A stretch of DNA of 64,000 nt, from positions 288,001 to 352,000 of the forward strand of contig CAXXUA010000005.1 of NCBI GenBank assembly GCA_963663765.2. The letters are read 5' to 3'. Shown in pieces: positions 9,361 to 19,969 of the stretch. Position numbers and translations under genes: made by a program. The first letter of the stretch is position 1. Each line of letters opens with the position of its first letter. The notes under the pieces were generated by a model, which was given only the letters and a program-made list of their open reading frames with translations, did no database searches and was not told the origin of the DNA. Origin of the DNA: Candidatus Poribacteria bacterium. Lineage in GTDB: Bacteria; Poribacteria; WGA-4E; WGA-3G.

Positions 9361-10797
9361 ATGAAATCGTGTTTTATATATATGGTAATACTCATTTTGT
9401 TCATATCTGTAGGTTGTGCTACCATACCGAAATACAATCAGTTAGCAGACCGACATTACGATTACACAAGTAGGGAGAAGAAGGCAACGCTTGATGATTG
9501 GTACGCGTTAATATCTGAACTTGAAACTTTCATTCGTTCAGATGCAGAGCATGAAACTGCTGACGCCGCACAATATGCAATTGGTTCCAGTTGGATTTGG
9601 TGCATTCAAGCTGGAAATACAGACGCACCGAAACACGCCATCGCAGCATTTAGAAGATTGATTTACACCTATCCCAATTCAGAATATTTACCCCAAGCAC
9701 ACTATTGGATTGCGCAATGCTACACATTGATAGGGGATTCCGCACGGGCAGTTCATCATTACCAGATTTTGACAGAGAAGTTTGCAGATACAGACTTAGC
9801 AGCAAAAGCACAGTTAGAATTAGGTCATACTTATGCAGAACACGGATATGAAATACGCGCAGAAAAATTATATGTAGATATCGTTGAATCTGCTACAGAT
9901 AAACAGATTGTTACGTCTGCATCTGAAGCACTAAAGGACCTAAAATCACCAGAAATTCGGTTGCCTTCAGTTGATACTACACTATCTGAACCGGCAAATG
10001 GACCTCAAAAGCAAGTAAAGCCGAAACCTTCTCCAACAGCACCTGAGAAGTTAACTCCTGGATCACTCACGCATGAATTAGGGTTGACAGCAAGGACAAT
10101 TGTTATAGACGCTGGCCATGGTGGGAAAGATCCGGGTGGAATTGGTGTTGGGAATCTCTATGAAAAACTGATTGCACTGGCTCTCTCAAAAAAAGTTGGT
10201 GCATTGTTATCCGCCAAAGGTTACACAGTATTATTTACACGTGAGACTGACAACTACATTCCACTAAAGGAACGAACTGCTTTTGCCAACCATCACAAAG
10301 CTGACCTATTTCTTAGTATTCATGCAAATGCAAGTGAAAATTCAAAGGCAAACGGTATTGAAACTTACTATTTGAATGTGGCAAGTACTGATAAAAACGC
10401 AGAACTGATTGCTGCGCGAGAAAATGCTAATTCTGGGTATAGCATACAAGAACTGGAATCTCTGTTAAAAGGTTTGATAGTTGAGAGTAAGAGTGAGGAT
10501 AGTCGTAGATTAGCGGAACATGTGCAGAGGGAATTGGTCATAGCGACTGGAGCCATAGACCGTGGGGTAAAACACGCGCGGTTTGTCGTACTTATAGGAA
10601 CCACGGTTCCTGCCATTCTTATAGAAACCGGGTTTTTGACTAACCCAACAGAAGCACAGAAACTCACATCAGATACCTATCAGCAAAAGGTTGCGTCCGC
10701 AATCGTCCAAGGTGTAGAAAAGTTCTTAGGAAATGCGGGTCAAATTAGTCAAGAAAACCCAACACAACATAAGCATTTGACAACGACAAAACGTTAG
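9361..10797 (+). CDS. N-acetylmuramoyl-L-alanine amidase (Amidase_3) lipoprotein with N-terminal TPR domain
   Basis: Lipobox SVGC; TPR helices (YPNSEYLPQAHYWIA); IDAGHGGKDPG, EK, SIHAN and ILIETGF motifs. Confidence 0.9.
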   Translation: MKSCFIYMVILILFISVGCATIPKYNQLADRHYDYTSREKKATLDDWYALISELETFIRSDAEHETADAAQYAIGSSWIWCIQAGNTDAPKHAIAAFRRLIYTYPNSEYLPQAHYWIAQCYTLIGDSARAVHHYQILTEKFADTDLAAKAQLELGHTYAEHGYEIRAEKLYVDIVESATDKQIVTSASEALKDLKSPEIRLPSVDTTLSEPANGPQKQVKPKPSPTAPEKLTPGSLTHELGLTARTIVIDAGHGGKDPGGIGVGNLYEKLIALALSKKVGALLSAKGYTVLFTRETDNYIPLKERTAFANHHKADLFLSIHANASENSKANGIETYYLNVASTDKNAELIAARENANSGYSIQELESLLKGLIVESKSEDSRRLAEHVQRELVIATGAIDRGVKHARFVVLIGTTVPAILIETGFLTNPTEAQKLTSDTYQQKVASAIVQGVEKFLGNAGQISQENPTQHKHLTTTKR

Positions 10798-10810
10798 TTA
10801 GACAATCAAT

Positions 10811-12868
10811 ATGTTAAGGAATACATTTATGGTATATGATAGATTAGATGCTAAAAAGTGTTGGAACAGAACCTTTTTCTTGAAAATAATTATGACCACA
10901 GTTTTTGCTTTCATCTGTTTGAATACATTGCCTAACGACATTGCTGCACAACAAGCAGATATAGCAATTCTATTACCTTCATCGGAATCTGGTGTAGCAG
11001 AAGGAGATGTGAACTATGCGCGGACTGTCAGCAAACGGTTCGTTCGCATGCTGAATAGCATCGGTTTCTCTGCCGACCAATTAGATGAGTCTTCAGTTGC
11101 AAGCAAACCACGGTTTCAAGCAAATTCTACAAACCCATATCGTCTGATAATTCTGCCATTGAACCCAAAGATCTCTCTCAAGACCGCACCAATTCTGGAG
11201 AATTATGTCGCCCGCGGTGGAAAACTCTTGGTAACCTATAACCTTGCAGATGAGGTAGCATCGCTTCTGAACTTGCGAAGTATCAAATGGCTAAAAGCCG
11301 AAAAAGAAGGGCAATTCGCCTCTATTCAATTTGATGCACCAGAAATATTAGGAATACCAAAATCGGTACGGCAAACATCGTGGAACATTACGGTCGCAGA
11401 ATCTACCGACCCAAAAACAAAAATTATCGGACATTGGTACAATGCGGAAGGTACATCCACTGGTTATCCGGCATTCTTCCTTAACCCTAATGGTGTGTTT
11501 TTTAGTCATGTTTTTTTACCCGACGATATACAAACAAAAACGCAACTACTTGCGGCACTACTTGGTTATCTTGTCCCTGAATTTCAGCACGCAATCGCAA
11601 AACGTGAGTTAGATGCGTTGACAACTATTGGACACATCAATAATCTTGACGCATTAACAAGATTCGTAGGTTATGGCGATGTCTCCGAAGCCAAACAGGC
11701 ATTACAATCCGGAAAAACCTTAATTACACACTCACGCACTGAATATGCCAAAAAAGATTATCACGCCGCAATGACTGCTGCCCGTGATAGTCACAAGGCA
11801 CTGACAAAAGCTTATTCTTTATCACATTTCAGCGATGAAACTGAAGGACGCGCCGTTTGGAATCATTCAGGCTTAGGTGCGTATCCTGGTGACTGGGAAC
11901 GTTCAGCGAAAGAACTCGCCTCTACTGGTATCAACATGATCCTTCCAAATATGGCATGGGGAGGATTAGCACATTACAATAGCAGTGTGTTACCCAAAAG
12001 CAAAAAGTTTACAAAATATGGCGACCAGATTGCACAATGCGTTAAGGCAGCACATCAGCACAACTTAGAAGTGCATGTTTGGAAGATTACGTGGAATTTG
12101 GAAGGCGCCCCAAAAGAATTTGTGGATAAACTACGAGAAGATAAACGCACACAAGTCTCATCTACCGGAAATCCAATCAATTGGCTATGTCCTTCGCATC
12201 CAGAAAACGTTCAGTTGGAATTGAATGCTATCACGGAAATCGTTCGGAACTACGATGTTGATGGAATCCATTTGGATTATATACGCTATCCAGGAAGTCA
12301 TGCATGCTATTGTACAGAATGTAAAAAGAGATTCATGCTCACAACGAGACTACACATTCAGGAGTGGCCTGCATCTGTGTTAAGGGGAACCGGACAACAC
12401 AGTGATGCTTACATTGAGTGGCGTTCACAACAGATTACACGTTTAGTGCGACTAATCCACAAACATACCCATGAGATAAAACCAAACATAAAAATATCTG
12501 TTGCTGTTTTTGGAGGTTATCCTTCTTGTGTTACCTCTATCGGACAAGATTGGATTGCATGGGCAAAAGCCGGTTATGTTGATTTCATCTGTCCGATGAA
12601 CTATACTGAAGATACCAAATTTTTCACCGATCTGTTAGAAAATCAACTTTCCCTTATGCCAAAAGATGTTGCAATTTATCCTGGTATCGGTGCGACAGCA
12701 TCTAACTCCCTCCTTACACCCGATGCCGTTATAGGTCAAATTCATCTTGCACGTTTCTTAGGTGCTTCTGGCTGGACAATTTTTGACTATACTGCTAATA
12801 TTTCAGATACTATTCTTCCTGCTATTCAAATGGGTGTTGGCAAAAATAAAGCCGAACCTGTACATTAA
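10811..12868 (+). CDS. GHL10/DUF187 (YddW/DigH-like) glycoside hydrolase
   Basis: AHQHNLEVHVW, WLCPSHPE, YDVDGIHLDYIRYP and QDW...GYVDFICPMNY motifs; start codon uncertain. Confidence 0.8.
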   Translation: MLRNTFMVYDRLDAKKCWNRTFFLKIIMTTVFAFICLNTLPNDIAAQQADIAILLPSSESGVAEGDVNYARTVSKRFVRMLNSIGFSADQLDESSVASKPRFQANSTNPYRLIILPLNPKISLKTAPILENYVARGGKLLVTYNLADEVASLLNLRSIKWLKAEKEGQFASIQFDAPEILGIPKSVRQTSWNITVAESTDPKTKIIGHWYNAEGTSTGYPAFFLNPNGVFFSHVFLPDDIQTKTQLLAALLGYLVPEFQHAIAKRELDALTTIGHINNLDALTRFVGYGDVSEAKQALQSGKTLITHSRTEYAKKDYHAAMTAARDSHKALTKAYSLSHFSDETEGRAVWNHSGLGAYPGDWERSAKELASTGINMILPNMAWGGLAHYNSSVLPKSKKFTKYGDQIAQCVKAAHQHNLEVHVWKITWNLEGAPKEFVDKLREDKRTQVSSTGNPINWLCPSHPENVQLELNAITEIVRNYDVDGIHLDYIRYPGSHACYCTECKKRFMLTTRLHIQEWPASVLRGTGQHSDAYIEWRSQQITRLVRLIHKHTHEIKPNIKISVAVFGGYPSCVTSIGQDWIAWAKAGYVDFICPMNYTEDTKFFTDLLENQLSLMPKDVAIYPGIGATASNSLLTPDAVIGQIHLARFLGASGWTIFDYTANISDTILPAIQMGVGKNKAEPVH

Positions 12869-13004
12869 GATAAATTGCTTTGGTTATAGGTTTTTTAATT
12901 TTCTGTAACGGTATATTAACACTAAAATTCTTCTTGAATCTCGTCATGAACTCGTGTAAACTAAAGAAGCAGAATATCCTATTTGAAAAACTCCTATAAT
13001 GTAC

Positions 13005-14724
13005 CCTACACTCCGCAGTTGTTTAATCAGATTTTAAGTATTTATGTTATACTCTTTATATCTTTATATAAGGAGTATAACATCATCACTCAATCTACTT
13101 TTACAACACAACGTTTAGATCACCTCGGCATAGTAGCTGGTGTATGTGATCGTATTGACTTGATAAACACTATTGATACTTTTATTTCCCCAACGAAACG
13201 GAAAGTTTCAGTGGGTGAATCTGTTGTTGCTATGATCTTGAATGCTTTAGGCTTTGTCTCACGCCCACTCTACTTGACACCTGAGTTTTTTTCAAATAAA
13301 CCAGTGGATCTATTGATACGCCCTCATCTCTGTGCTGCCGATTTCACGGACGATTGTCTTGGGCGTGCTTTAGATACACTTTATGAAAATGGTGTTACCG
13401 AACTTTTTGCGACAGTTGCTTCTAAAGCATTATCAACTTATGAGATTGACCATCGTTTTGTTCATCTGGATAGCACCACGTTTAGTTTTCAGGGGAACTA
13501 TGATACCGAAACAGTTGATGAACAGGCTATTCACATTACCCACGGGTATAGTCGTGATCAGCGTCCGGATCTCAAACAAGTGGTAGTTCAACTTCTCTGT
13601 TCTTATCGGTCTCAGTTCCCTGTATGGTTCAAAGCACTTGATGGAAATCAGTCTGATAAAACAAGTTTTCCCAACACGATCCGAGAATATTTGTCTCAAC
13701 TGCGTGGCAGTGATGCCCCTTATTTTGTAGCGGATAGTGCGCTTTATACAGCACAAAACATTGCGAAGCTGCGTGATGTGCGTTTTATTACGCGTGTGCC
13801 GGAAACACTCAAAGCTGTCAAAGAACTCTACCAAACTATTTCGACTGAAGATATGCAGCCAGCATCTCTTGATGGATATAGTTATCTATCAGTAGATAGC
13901 ACCTATGCGGATGTTCCACAAAGGTGGTTAGTTGTTTATTCACAAGCTGCGTATCATCGTGAAGTGGCAACTTTAGTAAAAAAGATTGCCAAAGCACAGA
14001 CAGCCGCACAAACATCTCTCAATCGTTTACAAAATAAAACGTATGAGACCGATACAGCTGCGGCAGCTGCGGCAACAGTCCTTGCCAAGTCATGGAAATA
14101 TCATAAACTTCGTTTCTCCATTATTTCTGTTCCACATTACACCACATCGGGACGCCCCAAAAAGACAGATAAACCGACACATTTTCGTTATCGGGTTGAA
14201 GGTGAAGTTATTGATGATATAGAAACGATTGAAAAACTCAAACGCAGCAAAGGCCGATTTGTCTTAGCTACCAATGAACTTGATACAACTTTACTTGACG
14301 ATGCGACTATCCTTGAAGCATATAAAGCACAGAACGTGTCTGTAGAACGCGGTTTTCGGTTTTTGAAAGACCCCTTATTCTTTGCCGATAGTCTATATCT
14401 TGAAAAACCCCAGCGGATTATGGCATTACTGATGGTGATGGGACTTTCTTTACTTGTATACGCTCTTGCCGAACGATGGGTTCGGCAAGAGCTAAAAAAA
14501 CAAGAACAAACAATACCCAACCAAGTTGGTAAACCCACGCAAAAACCAACACTCAGGCGTATTTTTCAAATGTTTGAAGGCGTTGATGTATTATTGATAG
14601 AACAAAACGAACATATACAACGGTCTATTGTAAATTTAAATGAAATACACACACAAATCATCAACATTTTAGGCATAGAAGTAAAAAATGTCTATTTTCC
14701 AGATCCATAACTGCGGAGTGTAGG
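13005..14724 (+). mobile_element. IS1634-family insertion sequence, 1720 bp
   Basis: Perfect 16-bp inverted repeats CCTACACTCCGCAGTT / AACTGCGGAGTGTAGG flanked by 6-bp target duplication ATGTAC (12999-13004 and 14725-14730). Confidence 0.93.
13082..14710 (+). CDS. IS1634-family DDE transposase (probable ATC start)
   Basis: LDHLGIVAG, HLDSTT, GYSRDQRPDLKQ, VADSALY and VERGFRFLKDP motifs; AAGGAG RBS lies 6 nt before ATC. Confidence 0.88.
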   Translation: MITQSTFTTQRLDHLGIVAGVCDRIDLINTIDTFISPTKRKVSVGESVVAMILNALGFVSRPLYLTPEFFSNKPVDLLIRPHLCAADFTDDCLGRALDTLYENGVTELFATVASKALSTYEIDHRFVHLDSTTFSFQGNYDTETVDEQAIHITHGYSRDQRPDLKQVVVQLLCSYRSQFPVWFKALDGNQSDKTSFPNTIREYLSQLRGSDAPYFVADSALYTAQNIAKLRDVRFITRVPETLKAVKELYQTISTEDMQPASLDGYSYLSVDSTYADVPQRWLVVYSQAAYHREVATLVKKIAKAQTAAQTSLNRLQNKTYETDTAAAAAATVLAKSWKYHKLRFSIISVPHYTTSGRPKKTDKPTHFRYRVEGEVIDDIETIEKLKRSKGRFVLATNELDTTLLDDATILEAYKAQNVSVERGFRFLKDPLFFADSLYLEKPQRIMALLMVMGLSLLVYALAERWVRQELKKQEQTIPNQVGKPTQKPTLRRIFQMFEGVDVLLIEQNEHIQRSIVNLNEIHTQIINILGIEVKNVYFPDP

Positions 14725-15017
14725 ATGTACCGCAGTAAGCATTAACTAAAATTTGTCTATGATCGGGTAGTTGATGTGCTGTATGTAACGCAAGGTCAAC
14801 CCAAACACACCAATTATGTTGAATACACGGATGATTGATTCTGCAGTTTCACCCTGAGACGTAATAACTTGTAGGTTTCACACTTGTTGATTTTCATAAC
14901 AATTTGCAAAAAAAAAAAAGACTCTGACATCGCGCTGCCCTTTAGGGTTGATTTCCACATGCACGGTGTACTTACTTTTTGTAACAGAGACTAACAGTAA
15001 AAGGAGACTATTGCAGC

Positions 15018-16478
15018 ATGGCACAAAAACCAAATATCTTATTTCTTCAGAGTGATGAACACAGTCCTCATGCAATGGGGTTAGAAGGCAATGACATTGT
15101 GCAAACTCCACACCTTGATCGACTTGCAGAATCAGGAAATTATTTTGATGCAGCATACTGCCAATTCCCGCTATGCACTCCCTCACGGATGTGCATGCTA
15201 ACAGGAAAATATGCACGTCGCTGTTCCGCATGGAACAACGGTTCAATCCTGTTTCCTGAACATCTCACAATGCCTGCACATTTCGCTGAAAACGGCTATG
15301 TTACAGCACTTGTTGGGAAAATGCATTTTGGTGGAAAAGAACAGCACAACGGTTTTCAAGCGCGTCCTTATGGTGATCTTCGTGGGAATGCAGGACACCA
15401 ACGTGATCCACTCCGTGGGAACAAAAATCGCACAAAGGATGCGGGGGTAACAGAAATCCCAACAAGTCTTTTACAGGAACGGGTCGTCAATGAAGAAACA
15501 ATTGAGTACATCCGGTCACAACCCGCAGACCAGCCGTGGTTTCTACTCGCAAGTTATAGTCGTCCACACTTTCCTCTGACTGCCCCAAAAAGACTCCTTG
15601 ACAAATACTATCCCGATAATGTTGACATGCCCAATATACCACCAGGACACTTAGAGGACACGCATCGCTTTGCAAAGGGACTTCGGAAAACCTTCAATAC
15701 GGCAGCCATCACAGAAGAAGAGACACGCAAAGCACGGGCAGCGTATTATGCCTGCTGTGAATTCTTGGATGAATGTGTTGGTGATTTACTGACGATCTTG
15801 GATCGTGATGGTCTCTTAGATAACACAATTATTGTCTATACAACCGACCACGGTGAGATGGCAGGTGAGCACGGACAGTGGTGGAAATCAAGTTATTATG
15901 AAGCTGCAGCACGCGTGCCACTCATAATACATGACACACGTGCAGAAGACACGCATGGGAACCTTGTTGATGCTCCTGTGGAACTTAACGATCTATTCCC
16001 AACATTATGTGCAAGGGCAGGAATTCCGATTCCTGAAGATCTGGACGGTTCTGATTTGTCAAACCTTATGGCAGGTAATTCCGATGGATGGCGTAACACA
16101 GCAATCAGTGAATACTGGGCTACACAAACAACCGGTCCGATGCGTATGTTAAGAACTCCTCGCTACAAATATGCCGCTTTCCCTGAAGATGAATCCATCC
16201 TGTTTGATTTAGAAAATGACCCAGATGAATTTGAGAATCTCACTGGAAATCCTGAACTTCGTGAAGTAGAGGAATCCATGCATGAACAACTCATGGAAGG
16301 ATTCGCTTGGGAAGATGTTGCAAAACAGAAAGCCATAGATAAAGAACGTAGCGATGATTGGAAAGCACCGTGGGGTAGAGGCACACCGAATGCTTATACA
16401 TTACCTGATGGTAGGATTGTAGACGCAGAACTCTGTTTATATAATCCAGTACTTCGTGATGGGAGTGATGATGATTAG
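15018..16478 (+). CDS. Formylglycine-dependent sulfatase (choline-sulfatase-like)
   Basis: PNILF..SDEH, CTPSR, GKMH, PHFP and TDHGEM motifs. Confidence 0.92.
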   Translation: MAQKPNILFLQSDEHSPHAMGLEGNDIVQTPHLDRLAESGNYFDAAYCQFPLCTPSRMCMLTGKYARRCSAWNNGSILFPEHLTMPAHFAENGYVTALVGKMHFGGKEQHNGFQARPYGDLRGNAGHQRDPLRGNKNRTKDAGVTEIPTSLLQERVVNEETIEYIRSQPADQPWFLLASYSRPHFPLTAPKRLLDKYYPDNVDMPNIPPGHLEDTHRFAKGLRKTFNTAAITEEETRKARAAYYACCEFLDECVGDLLTILDRDGLLDNTIIVYTTDHGEMAGEHGQWWKSSYYEAAARVPLIIHDTRAEDTHGNLVDAPVELNDLFPTLCARAGIPIPEDLDGSDLSNLMAGNSDGWRNTAISEYWATQTTGPMRMLRTPRYKYAAFPEDESILFDLENDPDEFENLTGNPELREVEESMHEQLMEGFAWEDVAKQKAIDKERSDDWKAPWGRGTPNAYTLPDGRIVDAELCLYNPVLRDGSDDD

Positions 16479-16582
16479 TTGGGATTGAAGGGTGACAAGT
16501 AGGTATAGAAGTATAAACATGTTTATCCATACCTGCTGTTAGGTGCAATTCCTAATAAACGTTTTAAACTGATGTTTATGAA

Positions 16583-18565
16583 ATGAAAACTCCAGCCATG
16601 CAAAGTCACCCTAAAATCCGATTCGCTGTAATCCTTGTAGGACTCCTCTTAGTAGGGAGTATTTGTGCCATTACTCCCTACAACAACTACTTTTTAGAAA
16701 ACTCAAGACTTGCCGGGAATCACCTTCCTGTCGGTTCTATCTTCGGGTTGCTTCTGTTGGTGTTCTTAGTCAATCTTCCGTTACGATTTCTGACACGAAG
16801 CAACCGCTTTTCACTTACTTCCCTGGAATTAACTGTTATCTGGATGATGATAATTGTCGCTGTAGGCATCCCATCAATGGGATTGCTGCAGTTCTTGTTA
16901 CCGTGTCTTGTCGCTCTACGATATTTCACTACAACCGAAAACGATTGGGCAGAAACCCTCCAACCTCACATACCAGATTGGTTAGTTGTCACCGATACAC
17001 AAGCCGTAACCGATTTCTATGAAGGTCTATCTTCGGGAGGTGGAGTTCCGTGGAATCCTTGGATAAAGCCGCTACTTGTCTGGGGGTTGTTTATCCTTGT
17101 CTTCTATTTCACGACGATCTGTCTTGCGACCATCCTCCGTAAACAGTGGATTGAACGTGAACGGTTTTCCTTCCCTTTAGTCCAAATCCCGGTACAATTG
17201 GCAGCTGAACCTGAACGTGGCAAACTCCTCAACACATTCTACAAAAACAAGTTCTTATGGGTAGGTATGGCGTTACCTTTGCTTATTCACTTCCTTAACG
17301 GCATGCATGCACACTTTCCAACAGTACCAGAAATTCCTCTGATCTATAACATTCACCGTGCTTTCACGGAGAAACCATGGCACACGATCGGGTGGTGGCC
17401 TGCAATGAACATTGCCATCTATTTTTCGGTCATCGGTGTTGCTGCATTGCTGACGCTTGAAGTCTCGTTTAGTCTCTGGTTTTTCTTCCTCTTTTTCAAA
17501 CTTCAATATATCATCATGAATGCAACTGGTGTCGGAATCGGTCCTTGGGTCAGTTGTAGTAGACAAGTGATGGGAGGTTATCTCATTTTTGTTCCCGCTG
17601 TTTTCTGGGGTGGACGTGAACACATTGCTTCTATTTTCAGAAAAGCTTTCGGTATTCAAGAAAAGCAGACATATAATGGCAGTGATAGACGTTTGGTTGA
17701 CGACTCAGATGAACCACTGTCGTATCGTTTAGCATTACTCGGATTTCTACTTGGATTTGCTACGCTTGTTGTGTTCTTTGTTGTGGCAGGTATCACCACT
17801 TGGGTTGCCATTGTCACACTCCTTTCAATCTTCATCACTTCAATTGTGTTGTCATGGATGGTCGTCAATGGAGGTTTGTTGCTTGTGCAAGCACCTTTCT
17901 TCCCATCAGATTACATTAATTTCACACTCGGAACGGCAGCGATTGGGCAAAAAAGTATGGCTGTACTTAGTTTCCAACGCACATTCCTAAGGGATTGGGG
18001 AGAATTCATGATGCCGAACTTCTTGCATAGTTTCAAGGCTGCAGATGAAGTACAACTTGCACGCCGCAGAATCGTACCGATACTGGGGATTTCCATAGTT
18101 GTTGCTATCCTTGTTTCTGTTTACGCATCATTAACGTTGATATACGACAAAGGCGCACTGTTCTTACAAAATTGGCCCTTCGTCAATGCACCGCGTGGTT
18201 ACTTCAACCGTATGAACAAACTCATCCAATTTCCTATTGAAACAAATTGGCTTGAAGTGTATAGCATGATAGCTGGTGCAGGTTTCACAGGTTTTATGCT
18301 GTGGATGCGTCAAAGTTTTGTCTGGTGGTCACTGCATCCGATCGGTTATCTATTGGGTGCGACTTATCCATCGTTTCACGTTTGGTCATCCATCTTTATC
18401 GGATGGATGATAAAATACATTACACTTAAGTTCGGTGGTCCACTGGCATATCGGCGGATCCGTCCAATAGCATTCGGTTTGATTTTTGGTGAATACTTGA
18501 TGGTGGGGATATGGATGGTGATCGGATTTTTCAGTGGCATCGGTTATCATGCTTTACCCCGTTAG
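16583..18565 (+). CDS. DUF6785-type multi-pass membrane protein (putative transporter)
   Basis: Many TM segments; RKQWIERERFSFPLVQIP, WWSLHPIGY and GLIFGE motifs. Confidence 0.7.
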   Translation: MKTPAMQSHPKIRFAVILVGLLLVGSICAITPYNNYFLENSRLAGNHLPVGSIFGLLLLVFLVNLPLRFLTRSNRFSLTSLELTVIWMMIIVAVGIPSMGLLQFLLPCLVALRYFTTTENDWAETLQPHIPDWLVVTDTQAVTDFYEGLSSGGGVPWNPWIKPLLVWGLFILVFYFTTICLATILRKQWIERERFSFPLVQIPVQLAAEPERGKLLNTFYKNKFLWVGMALPLLIHFLNGMHAHFPTVPEIPLIYNIHRAFTEKPWHTIGWWPAMNIAIYFSVIGVAALLTLEVSFSLWFFFLFFKLQYIIMNATGVGIGPWVSCSRQVMGGYLIFVPAVFWGGREHIASIFRKAFGIQEKQTYNGSDRRLVDDSDEPLSYRLALLGFLLGFATLVVFFVVAGITTWVAIVTLLSIFITSIVLSWMVVNGGLLLVQAPFFPSDYINFTLGTAAIGQKSMAVLSFQRTFLRDWGEFMMPNFLHSFKAADEVQLARRRIVPILGISIVVAILVSVYASLTLIYDKGALFLQNWPFVNAPRGYFNRMNKLIQFPIETNWLEVYSMIAGAGFTGFMLWMRQSFVWWSLHPIGYLLGATYPSFHVWSSIFIGWMIKYITLKFGGPLAYRRIRPIAFGLIFGEYLMVGIWMVIGFFSGIGYHALPR

Positions 18566-18609
18566 TGGAATACAAAGACCTGACTCTATAAGTGATTTAG
18601 GAAAATACT

Positions 18610-19815
18610 ATGCAAAGCAATGATAAGATGTTTGATCCACAATGGAAAACACGGGTAAAAACTCAGCACACAGTAGCAGGTATCCGCACATGGCATGTGA
18701 ACTTGAATCCGCGTGCAATGTCTACCCTTGGTTTCGCAAAAGGCGAAATTCCGGGTCAGGTATCACCTAAGAATGTCCATGTCGACTGGCGTGGTCCCTT
18801 TGCTGCACAAGCAGGTGCATTAATTGTAGAAATCACTACGAACAAAGGATTAAAAGGCTACGGTCTTGGTGGCGGTGGACTCGCTGGTGCAATGATTATT
18901 GAGAAACATCTGCAACATTTCGTGGTCGGACAGAACCCTATGGACGTAGAGGAAATTTGGGAACATCTGTATCATATTACCTCAATTTATGGACGACGCG
19001 GACTTGTGATTTACGCATTGAGCGGCATTGAACTTGCACTTGTTGACTTGTGTGGTAAGATTTTAGATGCTCCAGTCTATAGTCTTTTTACGGATTCACC
19101 GTGTCACCAAATACCTGCTTATGCAACGGGTGCTGATATTGGCTACTATGTTGACAATGGGTTCACTGCCTGCAAACTTCCTCTCAGGAATGGACTTGCA
19201 GAAGGAGAGGAAGGTTTTGTTCAGAATCTTGAGATGATCCATACAGCCCGCGATACAATCGGTCCCAATGTTGAACTGATGACTGATATCTATCTCCGAT
19301 GGGATGTGGATTATACGATACGTTTTGCAGAGGAAACGAAGGATTTAAATCTCAAATGGATTGAAGAACCTATACACCTTGATGACTATGCTGGTATGGC
19401 ACAATTGGTGCGTGAAATAGAACCAACATGGATTGTTTCAGGGGAGCATGAATTTACGCGATACGGATTTCGGGAACTCTTACGATGGAAGGCTGCAGAT
19501 ATGATACAACCGGATGTGAGTTGGGCTGGTGGTTTTACGGAATGTTTGCGGATCGCACACGAAGCAGCTGAACTCGGTATCTCAACTTGGCTACATCAAG
19601 CAGGAACACCGTGGGGACTGCATCTCACCGCTTGTTTGCCGATGCGTTGCATGGCAGAGACGTTCGGTCCGTCCCGCGATGGCAATGAAAATGAACTGTA
19701 TGACCGTTTACGTCCTTCTCCACAAAATGGATATTTCACTCTCAATGATGCACCGGGATTTGGCATTGACATTGATGAGCCATTACTGGACGCGTATTCT
19801 GTTGATCAGTTGTAG
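18610..19815 (+). CDS. Enolase-superfamily sugar-acid dehydratase (L-rhamnonate dehydratase-like)
   Basis: ALSGIELALVDLCGK, LMTD, WIEE, SGEHE, QPD and PGFGID motifs. Confidence 0.82.
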   Translation: MQSNDKMFDPQWKTRVKTQHTVAGIRTWHVNLNPRAMSTLGFAKGEIPGQVSPKNVHVDWRGPFAAQAGALIVEITTNKGLKGYGLGGGGLAGAMIIEKHLQHFVVGQNPMDVEEIWEHLYHITSIYGRRGLVIYALSGIELALVDLCGKILDAPVYSLFTDSPCHQIPAYATGADIGYYVDNGFTACKLPLRNGLAEGEEGFVQNLEMIHTARDTIGPNVELMTDIYLRWDVDYTIRFAEETKDLNLKWIEEPIHLDDYAGMAQLVREIEPTWIVSGEHEFTRYGFRELLRWKAADMIQPDVSWAGGFTECLRIAHEAAELGISTWLHQAGTPWGLHLTACLPMRCMAETFGPSRDGNENELYDRLRPSPQNGYFTLNDAPGFGIDIDEPLLDAYSVDQL

Positions 19816-19969
19816 TATTCTATCGGTTTAACTTAGTGAGATTCGCACGGTTTCAATTACTCACTTTCCAATGGTTCTGATTCTAACATCAGATTTTTAT
19901 TGAAAGATAATAAAGGAACTGTTATCCTGAAATCATCCGATAAGTTGAAAATAAAGAGGTAAACTTGTT

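Noticed and set aside
12983-13081. N-terminal extension of the transposase in the ORF track
   Set aside because: It starts outside the left inverted repeat, so it cannot belong to the element's native gene.
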